Below are positions 49,700-63,825 of a stretch of 64,000 nt of DNA, piece after piece. Where the stretch lies: positions 35,018,711-35,082,710 of the forward strand of contig NC_057720.1 in assembly GCF_004010195.1 (NCBI RefSeq), given 5' to 3'. Each line of letters begins with the position of its first letter. Position 1 is the first letter of the stretch. The notes below the pieces were generated by a model. It worked only from the letters and a program-made list of their open reading frames with translations, ran no database searches and was not told the DNA's origin. A program made the position numbers and the translations under genes. The DNA comes from Chiloscyllium plagiosum (taxonomy: Eukaryota).

Positions 49700-49955
49700 G
49701 ACTCTTGGTTGTTCCTTGCACCCTTTTTACAGCTCTTTATTTTCTTTCTCACTATTAACAACCTTTTTTTGTCTTTTGCATTTGCTCTCTTGCTCCTCCT
49801 CCACCTCTCAAAGTTATAAAAACAACATCTTTCAATTCTGAGGAAGAGTTGTACTTGACTTGAAACGTTAAGGCTTTCTCGTTCCACAGATGCTGTCAGA
49901 CCAGCTCGATTTTTCCAGTATTTTTGACATTGGCTTCAGAATTCAAGGATCCCCA
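49700..49955 (+). mobile_element. Older PLE terminal repeat
   Basis: ctgaggaagag...gaaacgtta...cagatgctgtcagacc. Confidence 0.55.
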
Positions 49956-49976
49956 GTACTTTCCTTTTTAAACTTT

Positions 49977-50293
49977 TTAGATTAGATTAGATTCCCTACA
50001 GTGCGGGAACAGGCCCTTCAGCCCAAAAAGTCTGCACCGACCCTCCAAAGAGTAACCCACCCAGATCCATTCTCCTACTCCCTACTAATGCACCTATCAA
50101 TTTAGCATGACCAATTCACCTAGCCCGCACATCTGTAGACTGTGGGAGGAAACCGGAGCACCCGGAGGAAACCCACACAGACATAGGGAGAATGTGCAAA
50201 CTCCACGCAGGCAGTCGCCCGAGGCTGGAATCAAACCCGGGTCCCTGGTGCTGCAAGGCAACAGTGCTAGCCACTGAGCCACTGTGCCGCCCC
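49977..50293 (-). mobile_element. HE1-type SINE, near full length
   Basis: Head, core and (TAATC)n tail. Confidence 0.92.
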
Positions 50294-50739
50294 TTTTGTT
50301 CAAGTATTAGCCTGATTGATTTACAAATGCAGCCATCTATTTTCCATTTCTGTGATGTTCTTATTTTTTTCTCTATCTGCAAAGTTTTAACAGCTCTGAG
50401 AAGAGTGAAACCACCACATTGCTTTAGTCACCTGAAGGAAATGAGGATGAGGTCAGAGCCACTGTTGTCTACCTTAAGTGATGCTTTCCAGCAGCAGATC
50501 TGAAGGCAACAAAACTCTCTCTAACAGAAATAAAAAGTGCTGCTGGAGGGGCAAGTATAGACATCTCTTCCAGGCAGCAGATTAATGTTTAAAGGTATTG
50601 CAAGACACCAACAATTGATTCAGTAACCAATTTGTAAGCACTTGTGCATTTTGCTTTCATGGGGAAATTTGTCCCCACTGGTGGTAGTCATGTTCTGTGC
50701 TGAATTCTTATCCAGCACTTATTCTCAATAAATTACTCT

Positions 50740-51268
50740 TAGAGTCATAGAGATGTACAGCATGCAAACAGACCCTTCGGTCCAACCTGTCCATGCCGAC
50801 CAGATATCCCAACCCAAACTAGTCCTACCTGCCAGCACCTGGCCCATATCCTTCCAAACACTTCCCATTCATATACCCATCCAAATGCCTTTGTACCAGC
50901 CTCCACCACTTCCTCTGGCAGCTCATTACAGACACGTACCACCCTCTGTGTGAAAATGTTGCTCCTTAGGTCTCTTTTATATCTTTACCCTCTCACCCTA
51001 AAACTATGCCCTCTAGTTCTGGACTCCCTAACCCCAGGGAAAAGACTTTGTCTGTTTATCCTATCCATGCCTCTCATGATTTTATAAACCTTTATAAGGT
51101 CACCCCTCAGCCTCCAACGCTCCAGGGAAAACAGCCCCAGCCCGTTCAGCCTCTCCCCACAGCTCAAATCCGCCAACCCTGGCAACATCCTTGTAAATCT
51201 TTTCTAAACCCTTTCAAGTTTTACATCTTTCCAATAGGAAGGAAACCAGAATTGCACTCAATATTCTT
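50740..51268 (-). mobile_element. CR1 3' fragment
   Basis: ORFs 50745-50942 and 50985-51188. Confidence 0.92.
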
Positions 51269-51617
51269 GATAGATATGACACCATTTTCGTTCATTTTCT
51301 GATCTTGTTTTAATAAATTTCTGTATTATCTTCTTTAACTAAATTAAAACATTCTAACGTTTCAATTTGGGATGGATCCCTGTATTGGACTCAGATTTTT
51401 AAGAGTAAAATTAACCAACAAACATTATTATTATTCTTGGATTATGGCTTAAGCCATTATTTTGTTTTATGCAAGGTGTGGAATAATTCTAGACCCGCAG
51501 ACATGGGGCTTAAAGGTGGGACGAGGAGGAAAAGAAAATAGGAAATTTGGGTCAGTCGCTCAATACAAACTTGCCTTGAGTTGATTACACCAAGGTTGTG
51601 CCTTTAAAGGCAACAGC

Positions 51618-53010
51618 AAGGGTTCAGAAAAGATTTATAAGGATGTTGCCAGGGTTGGAGCTGTAAGGAGAGGCTGAATAGGCTAGGGCTGTTTTCCTTG
51701 GATATTCAGAGGCTTAGAGAGATCTTATAGAGGTGACCTTATAGAGGCTTAAGAAAATGAAGGGCATGGATAGGATAGAGTCATAGAATCATAGAGATGT
51801 ACAGCATAGAAACAGACCCTTCAGTCCAACTTGTCTATGCCGACCAAGTATCCCAACCCAATCTAGTCCCACCTGCCAGCACCAGGCCCATATCCCTCCA
51901 AACCCTTCCTATTCATATACCCATCCAAATGCCTTTTAAATGTTGCAATTGTACCACCGTCCACCACTTCCTCTGGCAGCTCATTCCATACACGTACCAC
52001 CCTCTGCGTGAAAAAGTTGCACCTTAGGTCTCTTTTATATCTTTCCCCTCTCACCCTAAACCTATGCCCTCCAGTTCTGGACTCCCCAACCCAGGGAAAA
52101 GACTTTGTCTATTTATCCTATCCATGCCCCTCATAATTTTGTAAACCTCTATAAGGTCACCCCTCAGCCTCCGACGCTCCAGGGTAAACAGCCCCAGCCT
52201 GTCCAGCCTCTCCCTGTAGCTCAAATCCTCCAACCCTGGCAACATCCTTGTAAATCTTTTCTGAACCCTTTCAAGTTTCACAACATCTTTCCGATAGGAA
52301 GGAGACCAGAATTGCATGCAATATTCCAACAGTGGCCTAACCAATGTCCTGTACAGCCGCAACATGACCTCCCAACTCCTGTACTCAATACTCTGACCAA
52401 GAAAGGAAAGCATACCAAATGCCTTCTTCACTATCCTATCTACCTGCGACTCCACTTTCAAGGAGCTATGAACCTGCACACCAAGGTCTCTTTGTTCAGC
52501 AACACTCCCTAGGACCTTACCATTAAGTGTATAAGTCCTGCTAAGATTTGCTTTCCCAAAATGCAGCACCTCGTATTTATCTAGATTAAACTCCATCTGC
52601 CATTTCTCAGCTCATTGGCCCATCTGGTTGAGATCCTGTTGTAATCTGAGGTAACCCTCTTCACTGTCCACTACACCTCCAATTTTATAAATAGATAAAG
52701 TCTATTCCCGGGGTGGGGGACACCAGAACTTGAGGACATAGGTTTAGGGTGAAAGGGGAAAAATATAACAGGGACCCAAGGGGCAACATTTTCACACAGA
52801 GGATGGTGCAAGTATGGAATAAGCTGCCAGAGGAAGTGGTGGAGGTTAGTACAATTACAGCATTTAAAAGGCATCTGAATGGGTATATGAATAGAAAGGT
52901 TTTGGAGGGATATGGGCCGAGGACTGGCTAATGGGACTAGATTATGTTAGAAGTTGGACTAAAGGGTCTGTTTTCATGCTGTACATCTCTATGACTCTAT
53001 GACTCCATGA
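51618..53010 (+). mobile_element. CR1 3' fragment split by a nested minus-strand CR1
   Basis: ...gcatggataggata| insert |ataaatagataaagtc... rejoins the consensus. Confidence 0.85.
51778..52687 (-). mobile_element. Young CR1/HER1-type 3' 900 bp
   Basis: ORF 52051-52596 open over 181 aa; CTATGACT-type tail. Confidence 0.95.
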
Positions 53011-53274
53011 GCTACCTGCCCAGCATCTGCGGGTATGTCGAATTAGCTAATTAAGTGTCTATTTTATTTTAAACAAGTGTCAGTCTCTTCAGTAAGTACC
53101 TCAGGATGGTAGTGCCCTCAGCCCCCATCCTGCAATGGCAGTGCCCATTTCTGCAGTGGGGTTGCCAGCCTTCCAAACCCATTGAAAGGCCATTCCCAGA
53201 TAATTGTGCAAGCTGCCATGTTGGCAACAAATGTGAGGTTAAAACCCACAAATATTACCGTCCACAATTGTTTT

Positions 53275-53572
53275 TTAGATTAGATTGCTTACAGTGTGGA
53301 AACAGGCCCTTCTGCCCAACAAGTCCACACCGACCCTCCGAAGAGCAACCCACCCAGACCCATTTTCCTACATTTACCCCTTCACCTAACACTACGGGCA
53401 ATTTAGCATGACCAATTCACCTAATGAGGAAACCAGAGCACCCGGAGGAAACCCACGCAGACACGGGGAGAATGTGCAAACTCCACACAATCAGTCGCCT
53501 GAGGCAGGAATTGAACCCGGGTCTCTGGCGCTGTGAGGCAGCAGTGCTAACCACTGTGCCACTATGCCACCC
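53275..53572 (-). mobile_element. HE1-type SINE with an internal deletion
   Basis: Head and tail present; the CTGCACATCTTTGGACTG segment is missing. Confidence 0.9.
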
Positions 53573-54449
53573 AGTCCACTCAAGGAAAGCCAAACAAATC
53601 CATGTTTGTAGGTGCTTTGATTATATTTGTTACTTTGTACCTTTCCTAACATTAACCAGTAATTACATTTATATGGTACCTTTCATCTAAGGTATTTCAC
53701 AAAAGCAATCTTAAATTTGGCACTGACTACTGAAGGGAATATCATCACTAGTCACCAAAAGCTTGGTCAAAGAGAGCTTATAAGAAGTATCTTAAAAAAA
53801 GAGTTGAGAGAGGCAGAGAGATGGTGAGGTCTAGCAAGGGGTTTGCAAAGCTTTGGGTCGAGGCAGTTGAAGATTTGGCTGCCTAAAATCAGAGATGCTT
53901 GAAAGATTCAAACTGGTAGAGTGCAGATATCTTTTTTTTGGGGGGAGGTGGTGGAGTGTAGGGGGAAGGGGAGGGATTGTGTATGTGTGTTTGGAAGTGG
54001 TTAGTGCTATTAAGAGGGGAGAGATAATGAAGGGCCTTGAAATTGAATGAGAGGTTTAGCCAATACTTCATGAGGAAGAAAGTCTCAACAGGATATCCTC
54101 AGTACACCTGCAGCTGATGGCAAATGTATAGTTGCCAGCCAATCATAACAATTTGGCTGCAAATACTTGAATTTAAAACAGTGTGATGTCATGTCCCTAC
54201 CTCTGAGCTGTAAGGCGCAAGGTTAAATCCCTACCTACTCCAGAGCAGTGTAATAACATCTCTGAACATGTTGATTAGGGGGAAAAAATAAGCAGTATAT
54301 GCCAATTCTTATAATGTGACAAGGAAAAACAGAAAATACTCAGTAAGTCAGGCAGTATCTGGGAAAAAGAAATAGATTTAGCATTTCAGATTGGTGACCT
54401 TTTATCAGGACTGGAAGAATGGAATAGGTTTTAACAAAGTTGGGAGAAA

Positions 54450-56836
54450 TTGAAGTTATAAATTGGAGGAAGGCCAATTTTGATGGTACTTGGTGAGAAC
54501 TTTCTAAAGCTGACTGGGGGCAGATGTTTGCAGGTAAAGGGACAGCTGGAAAATGGGAAGCCTTCAGAAATGAGATAACAAGAGTCCAGAGAAAGTATAT
54601 TTCTGTGAGGATGAACAGAAAGGCTGGTAGGTATAGGGAATGCTGGATGACTAAAGAAATTGAGAGTTTGATTAAAAAGAAGGAAACGTATGTCAGGTAT
54701 AGACAGGATAGATCAAGTGAATCCTTAGAAGAGTGTAAAGGCAATAGGCATATACTTAAGGGAGAAATCAGGAGGGCAAAAAAAGGGGACATGAGATATC
54801 TTTGGCAAATAGAGTTAAGGAAAATCCAAATGGTTTTTACAAATACATTAAGGACAAAAGGGTAACTAGGGAGAGAATAGGGCCCCTCAAAAATCAGCAA
54901 GGCAGCCTTTGTATGGAGCCACGGGAGATGGGAGCGATACTAAATGAGTATTTTGCGTCAGTATTTACTATGGAAAAAGACATGGAAGATATCGAATATA
55001 GGGAAATAGATGGTGACATCTTGCAAAATGTCCATATTACAGAGGAGGAAGTGCTGGATGGCTTGAAACACATAAAAGTGGATAAATCACCAGGACCTGA
55101 TCAGGTTTACACTACAATTCTGTGAGAAGCTAGAGAAATGATTGCTGGGCCTCTTGCTGAGATATTTGTATCATCGATAGTCACAGGTGAGGTGCCGGAA
55201 GACTGTAGGTTGGCGAACGTGGTGCCACTGTTTAAGAAAGTTGGCAGCGACAAGCCAGGGAACTATAGACCAGTGAGCCTGATGTCGCTGGTGGGCAAGG
55301 TCATAGAGTCATAGAGATGTACAGCATGGAAACAGACCTTTCAGTCCCACTCATCCATGCCGACCATATATCCCAATCCAATCTAGTCCCACCTGCCAGC
55401 ACCCGGCCCATATTCCTCTAAACCCTTCCTATTCATATAGCCATCAAGATGCCTTTTAAATGTTGCAATCATACTTGCAAGGTGTTGGAGGGAATCCTGA
55501 GGGACAGGATGTACACGTATTTGGAAAGACAAGGACTGATCAGGGTTAGTCAACGTGGCTTTGTGCATGGGAAATCATGTCTCACAAACTTGATTTAGTT
55601 TTTTGAAGAAGTAACAAAGAGGATTGATGAGGGCAGAGCAGTAGGTGTGATCTGTATGGATTTCAGTAAGGCGTTCGACAAGGTTCCCCATGGAAGACTG
55701 ATTAGCAAGGTTAGATCTCATGGAATACAGGCAGAAATAGCCATTTGGATACAGAACTGGCTCAAAGGTAGAAGACAGAGGGTGGTGGTGGAGGGTTGTT
55801 TTTTCAGACTGGAGGCCTGTGACCAGTGGAGTGGCACAAGGTCCGGTGCTGGGTCCACTACATTTCATCATTTATATAAATGATTTGGATGTGAGCATAA
55901 GAGGTATAGTTAGTAAGTTTGCAGATGACACCAAAATTGGAGGTGTAGTGGACAGCAAAGAAGTTTACGTCAGATCACAATAGGATCATGATCAGGTGGG
56001 CCAATGGGCTGAGAAGTGGCAGATGGAGTTTAATTTAGATAAATGTGAGGTGCTGCATTTTGGGAAAGCAAATCTTAGCAGGAATTATACACTTAATTGT
56101 AAGATCCTAGGGAGTGTTGCTGAACAAAGAGACCTTGGTGTGCAGGTTCATAACTCCTTGAAAGTAGAGTTGCAGGTAGATAGGATAGTGAAGAAGGCGT
56201 TTAGTATGCTTTCCTTTCTTGGTCAGAGTATTGAGTACAGGAGTTGGGAGGTCATGTTGCGGCTGTACAGGACATTGGTTAGGCCACAGATGGAATATTG
56301 CATGCAATTCTGGTCTCCTTCCTATCGGAAAGATGTTGTGAAACTTGAAAGGGTTCAGAAAAGATTTACAAGGATGTTGCCAGATTTGGAGGATTTGACT
56401 ATGGGGAGAGATTGAATAGGCTGGGGCTGTTTTCCCTAGCGCATCGGAGGCTGAGGGGTGACCTATAGAGACTTATAAAGTCATGAGGCGCATGGATAGG
56501 ATAAATAGACAAAGTCTTTTCCCTGGGGTCGGGGTGTCCAGAACTAGAGGGCATAGGTTTAGGGTGAGAGTGGAAAGATATAAAAGAGACCTAAGGGGCA
56601 ACATTTTCACGCAGAGGGTGGTACATATATGGAATGAGTTGCCAGGGGAAGTGGTGGAGGCTAGTACAATTGCAACATTTTAAAGACATATGGATGGGTA
56701 CATGAATAGGAAGAGTTTGGAGGGATATGGTGCTGGCATGTGGGACTAGATTTGTTGGGATATCTGGTCGGCATGGACGAGTGGGACCGAAGGGTCTGTT
56801 TCCATGCTGTACATCTCAATGATTCTATGACTCTAC
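54450..56836 (+). mobile_element. CR1/HER1-type LINE ORF2 (~2.4 kb) with intact 3' end and a nested CR1 3' end (55301-55476, -)
   Basis: ORFs 54524-54865, 54802-55125, 55647-55883, 55996-56415; GCAAGG(T) duplicated around the insert. Confidence 0.95.
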
Positions 56837-58957
56837 AAATGAAGATTGGGTATAAAGAGAGTGGCGAGCAGTAAAGATTTTTTTTAAATCAAAGAATTGG
56901 TGATGCATGGCCAAAGAGAGTGGAAAAGGGACAATAAAGGAACAAAGGTATGCTTGGAGGAGGTGTAAATACGAAATGAATGGTTGCTGTCCAGTAGCAA
57001 GATTAAACATGAGTAAACCTCTACAAAATAAAATGGGAACTGAGTTCGACATTTTCCTTTGCTTCTGAAACAGGCCAAGTACAAAGCAGACAATCTTACA
57101 AGAGAAATCCAGGTTATGTCACTGCTTTATGTGAGAGGGAATGACTAAATTGTTCTCCCCAAGTTGTCACCATCTATGGAAAGAAAATCTGGAGAACCTC
57201 ATCTTTTGTGCTTTGTCCTTTGAGGAAGTAAGCACAAAAACAATTTTTCTTTGAGGAATGAGGTACAAGGACAGCCTTTGTCCTCTGAGCAAAGTGCTCA
57301 GGGCAGTTGGTGTTTTCTCACACTGCCAATGATTTGTTTAGCACGTAAATTGGTATATCACAAAACCATGTTCACATGTTAATTCTTCCAACTGATGGAA
57401 AACAGGTAGAGTCAGTCTTTGACATAGAGCTTCTACAGAGATGCTTCTACAGAGATAACAAACAATTGAAGCAAAAATACCAGCAGCATGACATAAGTAA
57501 TGAATTTTGTATAAAATCATAAGGAGGATGTGGAGAAACTCCTTCCTCCTCAAAAATTAATAACTTTTTGCAAAACTCAGCTCTTCTTTGTCTAAACTAC
57601 ATATGAAGAATGGGCAGGGCAGCATGGCATAAAATGACCACTGCCACTTGGATACTGTTGCCTGAATTATTCTGCAGTCAACAAAGAAATGGTAAAAGGT
57701 AAAGCACGAGGAGGAAAACATGTAAACTCCTCTAATGGAAAGTCTAAAAGGAAACTTGTATGATCATTTTAAATACTTCAAAAATAACATTAAAAATTGT
57801 CACCTTCCAAGCAAACTTTATCCACTGATTGAAAACATTCATTTAGCCGGAATACTATCACATGAATGACAGGCAATCCTGGGATTTGAACCCAACACCA
57901 CCTTTTGGGAAAGCCAAACTGTAACCACAGAGCTGCTGGGTTACTAAAGAATGTTACTTCTCTTAAAAGGACAAAATAGACCTAGTGCAGGAAATAAACA
58001 ATTGCCAATGAAATTATCTTGAATAATAAGTATGCAAATCAGCATTGCTATGATTAATATCATTATTCTATCACCTGAGGCCCCAATGTAAACTAGTAAT
58101 GTTGGCTAGCATGAGTTTACTCTGTGGAAATACCTTTATAAAAATAAACAAAAGAGACTTATCATTGTGGCCTCTAGATTCAGTGTGTTACAACAAATAC
58201 CTGCAGGAGCAGCAAAGGTTCTTTGAGGTTAGCTTCTAATAAAATGAGAGTTAATTGCTCCAGCAAGCTTGGCAAAACACATTCACTGTTTCTAGTTTTA
58301 AACAAACAAATTATATCTTGCAAATACACTGACAACTATTGTCTTTGTGTCTTTTAGTATGAGCTTGTATAGTGCTAAGCCATTAGCACTAAATAAGGTG
58401 ATATGAAGGCACTTAACCTATCAACTGCTAATTATCTGAGGTTCCATACAGATCGAAATGGCTTTGTGATGGTCTGATTCACTTGTAAAGTGGAAGCTGA
58501 AAGAATTTGCTATAACAACAAGCAGAAGGTGGTCAGGTTTCCCATGGATATTTAAATATTTACTTTATTTAATTAGCAAAGGTCAATTCATAATTCTCTG
58601 AATTGTTAGAAGATTGACATACAAAGTGTAATGAGGCATATCTGTCCTGGCACTCAAACCATTGAATGATGAGCTTGTTGAATGTAAGGTTCATGCTAAA
58701 AAATGTTTGCTCCAAATATCTGTCTGAGTAGTTGAAAATTTTTAGGAATGAATGTTACTTGAAGGACTTGTAGCAGCAAAGTTATTTTGTGTTGTCTTGC
58801 CCGGTGTATACTTCTGAGCTTCTATCTGAGAGAATATAGTGGCTTAACAATGTTTTTATATTGCTTAATTTCCTAGAAATGGAAGGTACCATTAAGTTTT
58901 CTTCTGTTTATTGAAGTGCATAGTTACAGGCTCTTGGAATTGACAGATGTAAAGAAG

Positions 58958-59105
58958 CCGGTGTTGGACAAAGTTAAAAATCACACAACACCAGGTTATA
59001 GTCCAACAGGTTTATTTGGAAGCACTAGCTTTCAGAGCGCTGCTCCTTCACCAGGTAATGGTGGAGCATAAGTCCATAAGACACAGAATTTATATCAAAA
59101 CTTAT
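58958..59105 (-). mobile_element. Terminal repeat of a third PLE family (inverted partner at ~60891-60930)
   Basis: AGTTAAAAATCACACAACACCAGGTTATAGTCCAACAGGT and its reverse complement; degenerate hammerhead CTGgTGAAGGAGCAGCGCTCtGAAAGCTA. Confidence 0.7.
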
Positions 59106-59149
59106 AGCAAGTTATGGCATACTTATTATTCAAGATAATTTCATTGGCA

Positions 59150-60870
59150 ATTAGACAATAGACAATAGGTGCAGGAGTAGGCCATTCTGCCCTTTGAGCC
59201 AGCACCACCACTCATTATGATCATAGCTGCTCATCCTCAATCAGTATCCTGTTCCTGCCTTATCCCCAAAACCCTTGATTCCACTATCCTTAAGAGCTCT
59301 ATCCAACTCTTTTTTGAAAGTATCCATAGACTTGGCCTCCACAGCTTTCTGGAGCAGAGCATTCCGCACACTCACCACTCTCTGGGTGAAGAAGTTTCTC
59401 CTCAACTCTGTTCTAAATGGCCTACTCCTTATTTTTAAACTGTGTCCTCTGGTTCAGGACTCCCCCATCAATGGAAACATGCTTCCTGCCTCCAGAGTGT
59501 CCAATCCTTTAATAATCTTATACNNNNNNNNNNNNNNNNNNNNNNNNNNNNNNNNNNNNNNNNNNNNNNNNNNNNNNNNNNNNNNNNNNNNNNNNNNNNN
59601 NNNNNNNNNNNNNNNNNNNNNNNNNNNNNNNNNNNNNNNNNNNNNNNNNNNNNNNNNNNNNNNNNNNNNNNNNNNNNNNNNNNNNNNNNNNNNNNNNNNN
59701 NNNNNNNNNNNNNNNNNNNNNNNNNNNNNNNNNNNNNNNNNNNNNNNNNNNNNNNNNNNNNNNNNNNNNNNNNNNNNNNNNNNNNNNNNNNNNNNNNNNN
59801 NNNNNNNNNNNNNNNNNNNNNNNNNNNNNNNNNNNNNNNNNNNNNNNNNNNNNNNNNNNNNNNNNNNNNNNNNNNNNNNNNNNNNNNNNNNNNNNNNNNN
59901 NNNNNNNNNNNNNNNNNNNNNNNNNNNNNNNNNNNNNNNNNNNNNNNNNNNNNNNNNNNNNNNNNNNNNNNNNNNNNNNNNNNNNNNNNNNNNNNGTTTA
60001 TCACTGCTCTTTGTTTCCTGTCAGCCAACCAACTTTCAATCCAAGTTAGTACTTTGCCCCCAATACCATGTGCCCTAATTTTGCTCACTAACCTCCTATT
60101 TGGGACTTTATCAAAGGCTTTCTGAAAGTCCAGGTATATTATATCCACTGGATCTCCCTTGTCCATCTTCAGAGTTACATCCTCAAAAATTCCAGAAGAT
60201 TAGTCAAGCATGATTTCCCCTTCATAAATCCATGCTGACTCTGACCTATCCTGTTACTGCTATCCAGATGTGTCGTAATTTCATCCTTTATAATTGACTC
60301 CAGCATCTTTCCCATCACTGAGGTTAGACTAACTGGTCTATAATTCCCTGCTTTCTCTCTCCCTCCTTTCTTAAAAAGTGGGACAACATTAGCCACCCTC
60401 CAATCCGCAGGAACAGATCCTGAATCTATAGAACATTGGAAAATGATCACCAATGCATCACGATTTCTAGAGCCCCTCCTTCAGTACCCTGAGATGTAGA
60501 CTATCAGGCCCCGGGGACTTATCAGCCTTCAGACCTAACAATCTCACCAACACCAATTCCTGGCAAATATAAATTCCCATCAGTTCAGGTTCTTCAGCCA
60601 CTATTACCTCTGGGAGATTGCTTGTGTCTTCCCCAGTGAACACAGATCTGAAGTATCAATTCAACTCTTCTGCCATTTCTTTGTTCCCCATAATATATTC
60701 ACCCGTTTCTGTCTTCAAGGGCCCAATTTTAGTCTTAACCATTTTTTTCCTTTCACATACCTAAAAAAGCTTTTACTAGAACACACCTACTTAAATAACA
60801 GTCATTCACCTTACCAACCACCTCTGCGCTCCGACCTCACTTCCGCCCAACTTCCACCGCGCTCTGCTGC
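59150..60870 (-). mobile_element. CR1, (TATTGTC)-tail subfamily, containing a 472-N gap
   Basis: VPADWRVANVVPLFKKG, NYRPVSLTS, IYLDFQKAFDKVP; gap at 59524-59995. Confidence 0.9.
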
Positions 60871-61261
60871 AAAAATTGTTTATTTCTTGCACCTGTTGGA
60901 CTATAACCTGGTGTTGTGTCATTTTTAACTGAATTGTCAGAGTTAAACGCTAACAGATTTTATTTGATCAAGAGATATGTAACAAAGAACAAAAAAAAAT
61001 GTGTTATAGATTTGCCATTGAATGGCAGAACAGGCTGGGGTAGCTGACTGGCCTACTGCTGGTCCCAATGTTGTCATTTCCTAAAGTTATAATCCCAAAT
61101 GAATAAACTTAAGAATTGTTTGAGCTGTATAAAATTGGAAGTATTATTCTGTGCATATTGCTGTTCAAAGCGCAACATACATTATGAAGAGACTCACATC
61201 AGATGTTCAAAGAGCAGCACTTGTATTAACAGTGCAGATTATTTTAAAGAGAATATTCTCA

Positions 61262-61804
61262 ACAGTTGGAATATTGTGAGCAATTCTGGTCTCCTTCCTA
61301 TCAGAAAGATGTTGTGAAACTTGAAAGAGTTCAGAAAAGATTTACAAGAATGTTGCCAGGGTTGGAGGATTTGAGCTACAGGGAGAGGCTAAACAAGGCT
61401 AGGAATGTTTTCCCTGGAGCATCGGAGGCTGAGGGGTGACCTTATAGAGGTTTACAAAATTATGAAGGACATGGATAGGATAAGTAGACACAAAGTCTTT
61501 TCCCTGGGGTCGGGGAGTCCAGAACTGGAGGGCATAGGTTCAAGGTGAGAGGGGAAAGATATAAAAGAGACCTAAGGGCAACTTTGTCACGCAGAGGATG
61601 GTACGTGTATGGAATGAGCTGCCAGAGGATGTGGTGGAGGCTGGTACAATTGCAACATTTAAGAGGCATTTGGATGGGTATATGAATAGGAAGAGTTTGG
61701 AGGAATATGGGCCGGGTGCTGGTAGTTGGGACTAGATTGGGTTGGGATATCTGGTCAGTTGGACCGAAGGGTCTGTTTCCATGCTGTACATCTCTATGAC
61801 TCTA
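61262..61804 (+). mobile_element. CR1 3' fragment
   Basis: LEYC.QFWSPSY.KDVVKLERVQ; ctatgactcta tail. Confidence 0.92.
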
Positions 61805-61809
61805 AAATG

Positions 61810-63825
61810 TTTATGGATTCCTCATAAGAATACATTAAGGGTAAAAGAGTAATCAGGCAGTGACTAACACCTCTTAAAGATTAATAAGGCCTCCTATGTG
61901 TGAAACTGCAGGAGATGGGTGAGACACTAGCAGAGCATTTTGCATCAGTACTAACTGTCAAAAAAGATATGGAAGCAAGAGAACTTGGAGAAATAAATAA
62001 TCATATTTTGAAAAGTATTCATATTACATAGGAGGAGGTGCTGGACATCTTAAAATGCCTAAATGCAGATAAATCCTCAGGCCTTCATCAGGTCATCCCA
62101 GAATTTTGTGGGAAGCTATGGAAGTGCTTGCTGGGCCCTTTGTGGAGATAGCCATGGATGAGGTGCTGAAAGAATGGAGGGAGGTTTATGTTGTGCCATT
62201 ATTTAAGAAAGGTGGTAAGGAAAAGCGAGGGAACTATAGACCAGTGAGTCTGATGTTACTGGTAGGTATATAAAAACTGAAAGAACTAGGGATTCAGTAA
62301 ATCAGAAACAAAAACAAAAGTTGCTGGAAAATCTCAGCAGGTCTGGCAGCATGTGTGAAGAGAAATCAAAGTTAACATCATGAATGTGGTGACTTCCTCA
62401 GAGGTGTTCAGACAAAGTGTCACCAGACCCAAAACATTAACTTTGATTTCTCTTCACACATGCTACCAGACCTGATGAGCCTTTCCAGCAACTTTTGTTT
62501 TTGTCACTAGTGGGTACATTGTTGGAGGAGTCAGGATTTTCATTTATTCAAAAAGGCTGATTAAGGATAATCAACATGGCTTTGTGCATGAGAAATCATG
62601 TCTCAATAATTTGATTGGGTTTTGTGAGGAAGATCGCTGAAGGTAGAGCAACGGACGTTGTCTATATCGATTTCAGCACGGCACTCATCAAGGTTCTGCA
62701 TGGTATACTGGTTAGATCACATGGACTACAGAGAAAGCTAGCCAGTTGGATACAAAATTGGCTCGAATGTTCAAGACAGAGGTTGGTGGTAGAGAATTGG
62801 TTTTAAACTGGGGGCCTGTGACCAGCGGTGTGCCATAAGGATCAGTATTGGATTTACTGTTTTTTATCATTTATATAAATAAGCTGGATGAGAATACAGG
62901 AGGTGTGATTAGTAAGTTTGCAGATGACACAAGAATTGGTGTCTAGTGGACTGTGAAGAAGGTTATCCCAGAGTACAAAAGGATCTTGATCAGATGGGCA
63001 TGTGCTGAGGAGTGGCAGATGGAGTTTAATTTAGATAAATGTGAAATGCTGCATTTTGGAAAGACAAATTATGGCAGGACTTATATGCTTAATGGTAAGG
63101 TCCTGGGGATTGTTGCTGAACAAACATAGTTCCTTGAAGGTGGAGTCACAGGTAGACAGAATAGTGAAGGATTGTTTGGTACACTTGCCTTTAATGATCA
63201 GAACATTAAGTGTAGGAGTTGTGGGGGGGGAGGGGGCGGGGTTCATCTTGCAGTCATACAGGACATTGTTTAGTCCACTTTTGGAATATTTCATGGAATT
63301 ATGGTCTCTCTCCTCGAGAAAGGATGCTGTGAAAGTTGAAAGGATTCAGAAAAGATTTATAAGGATGTTGCCAGGATTGGAGGATTTGAGTTATACGGTG
63401 AGGCTGAATAGGCTGGGCTGTTTTCCCTGGAGCAATAGAGACTGTGAGGTGACCTTATAGAGGTTTATAAAATCATGAGAGGTATGGATAGGGTAAATAG
63501 ACAAGGTCTTTTTCCCTGGATAGGGGAGTCCAAAACTAGAGGTCATAGTACGAGGGTGAGAGGGGGATGATTTATAAGGGACCTAAGGGGCAACTTTTTC
63601 TCAGAGAAGGTAGTGTGCATATGGAATGAGAGAGGAATTGGTGGAGACTGATACACAACATTTAAAAGGCATCTGGATGGGTACATAAATAGGAAGGTTT
63701 TAGAGGGATATGGGCTGAAGGCTGGCAAATGGGACTAGATTAATTTAGGGTATCTGTCCGGCATGGACGAGTTGGATCAAAGGGTCTGTTTCCGTGCTGT
63801 AAACTTTATGACCCTATGACTCTAA
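61810..63825 (+). mobile_element. Older CR1 ORF2 to 3' end, interrupted by a PLE hairpin
   Basis: Degenerate RT motifs (GNYRPVSL, FADDT) and a CR1 3' end. Confidence 0.88.
62270..62505. mobile_element. Older PLE-derived hairpin
   Basis: ACAAAAACAAAAGTTGCTGGAAA...AAAGTTAA and its reverse complement. Confidence 0.8.
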
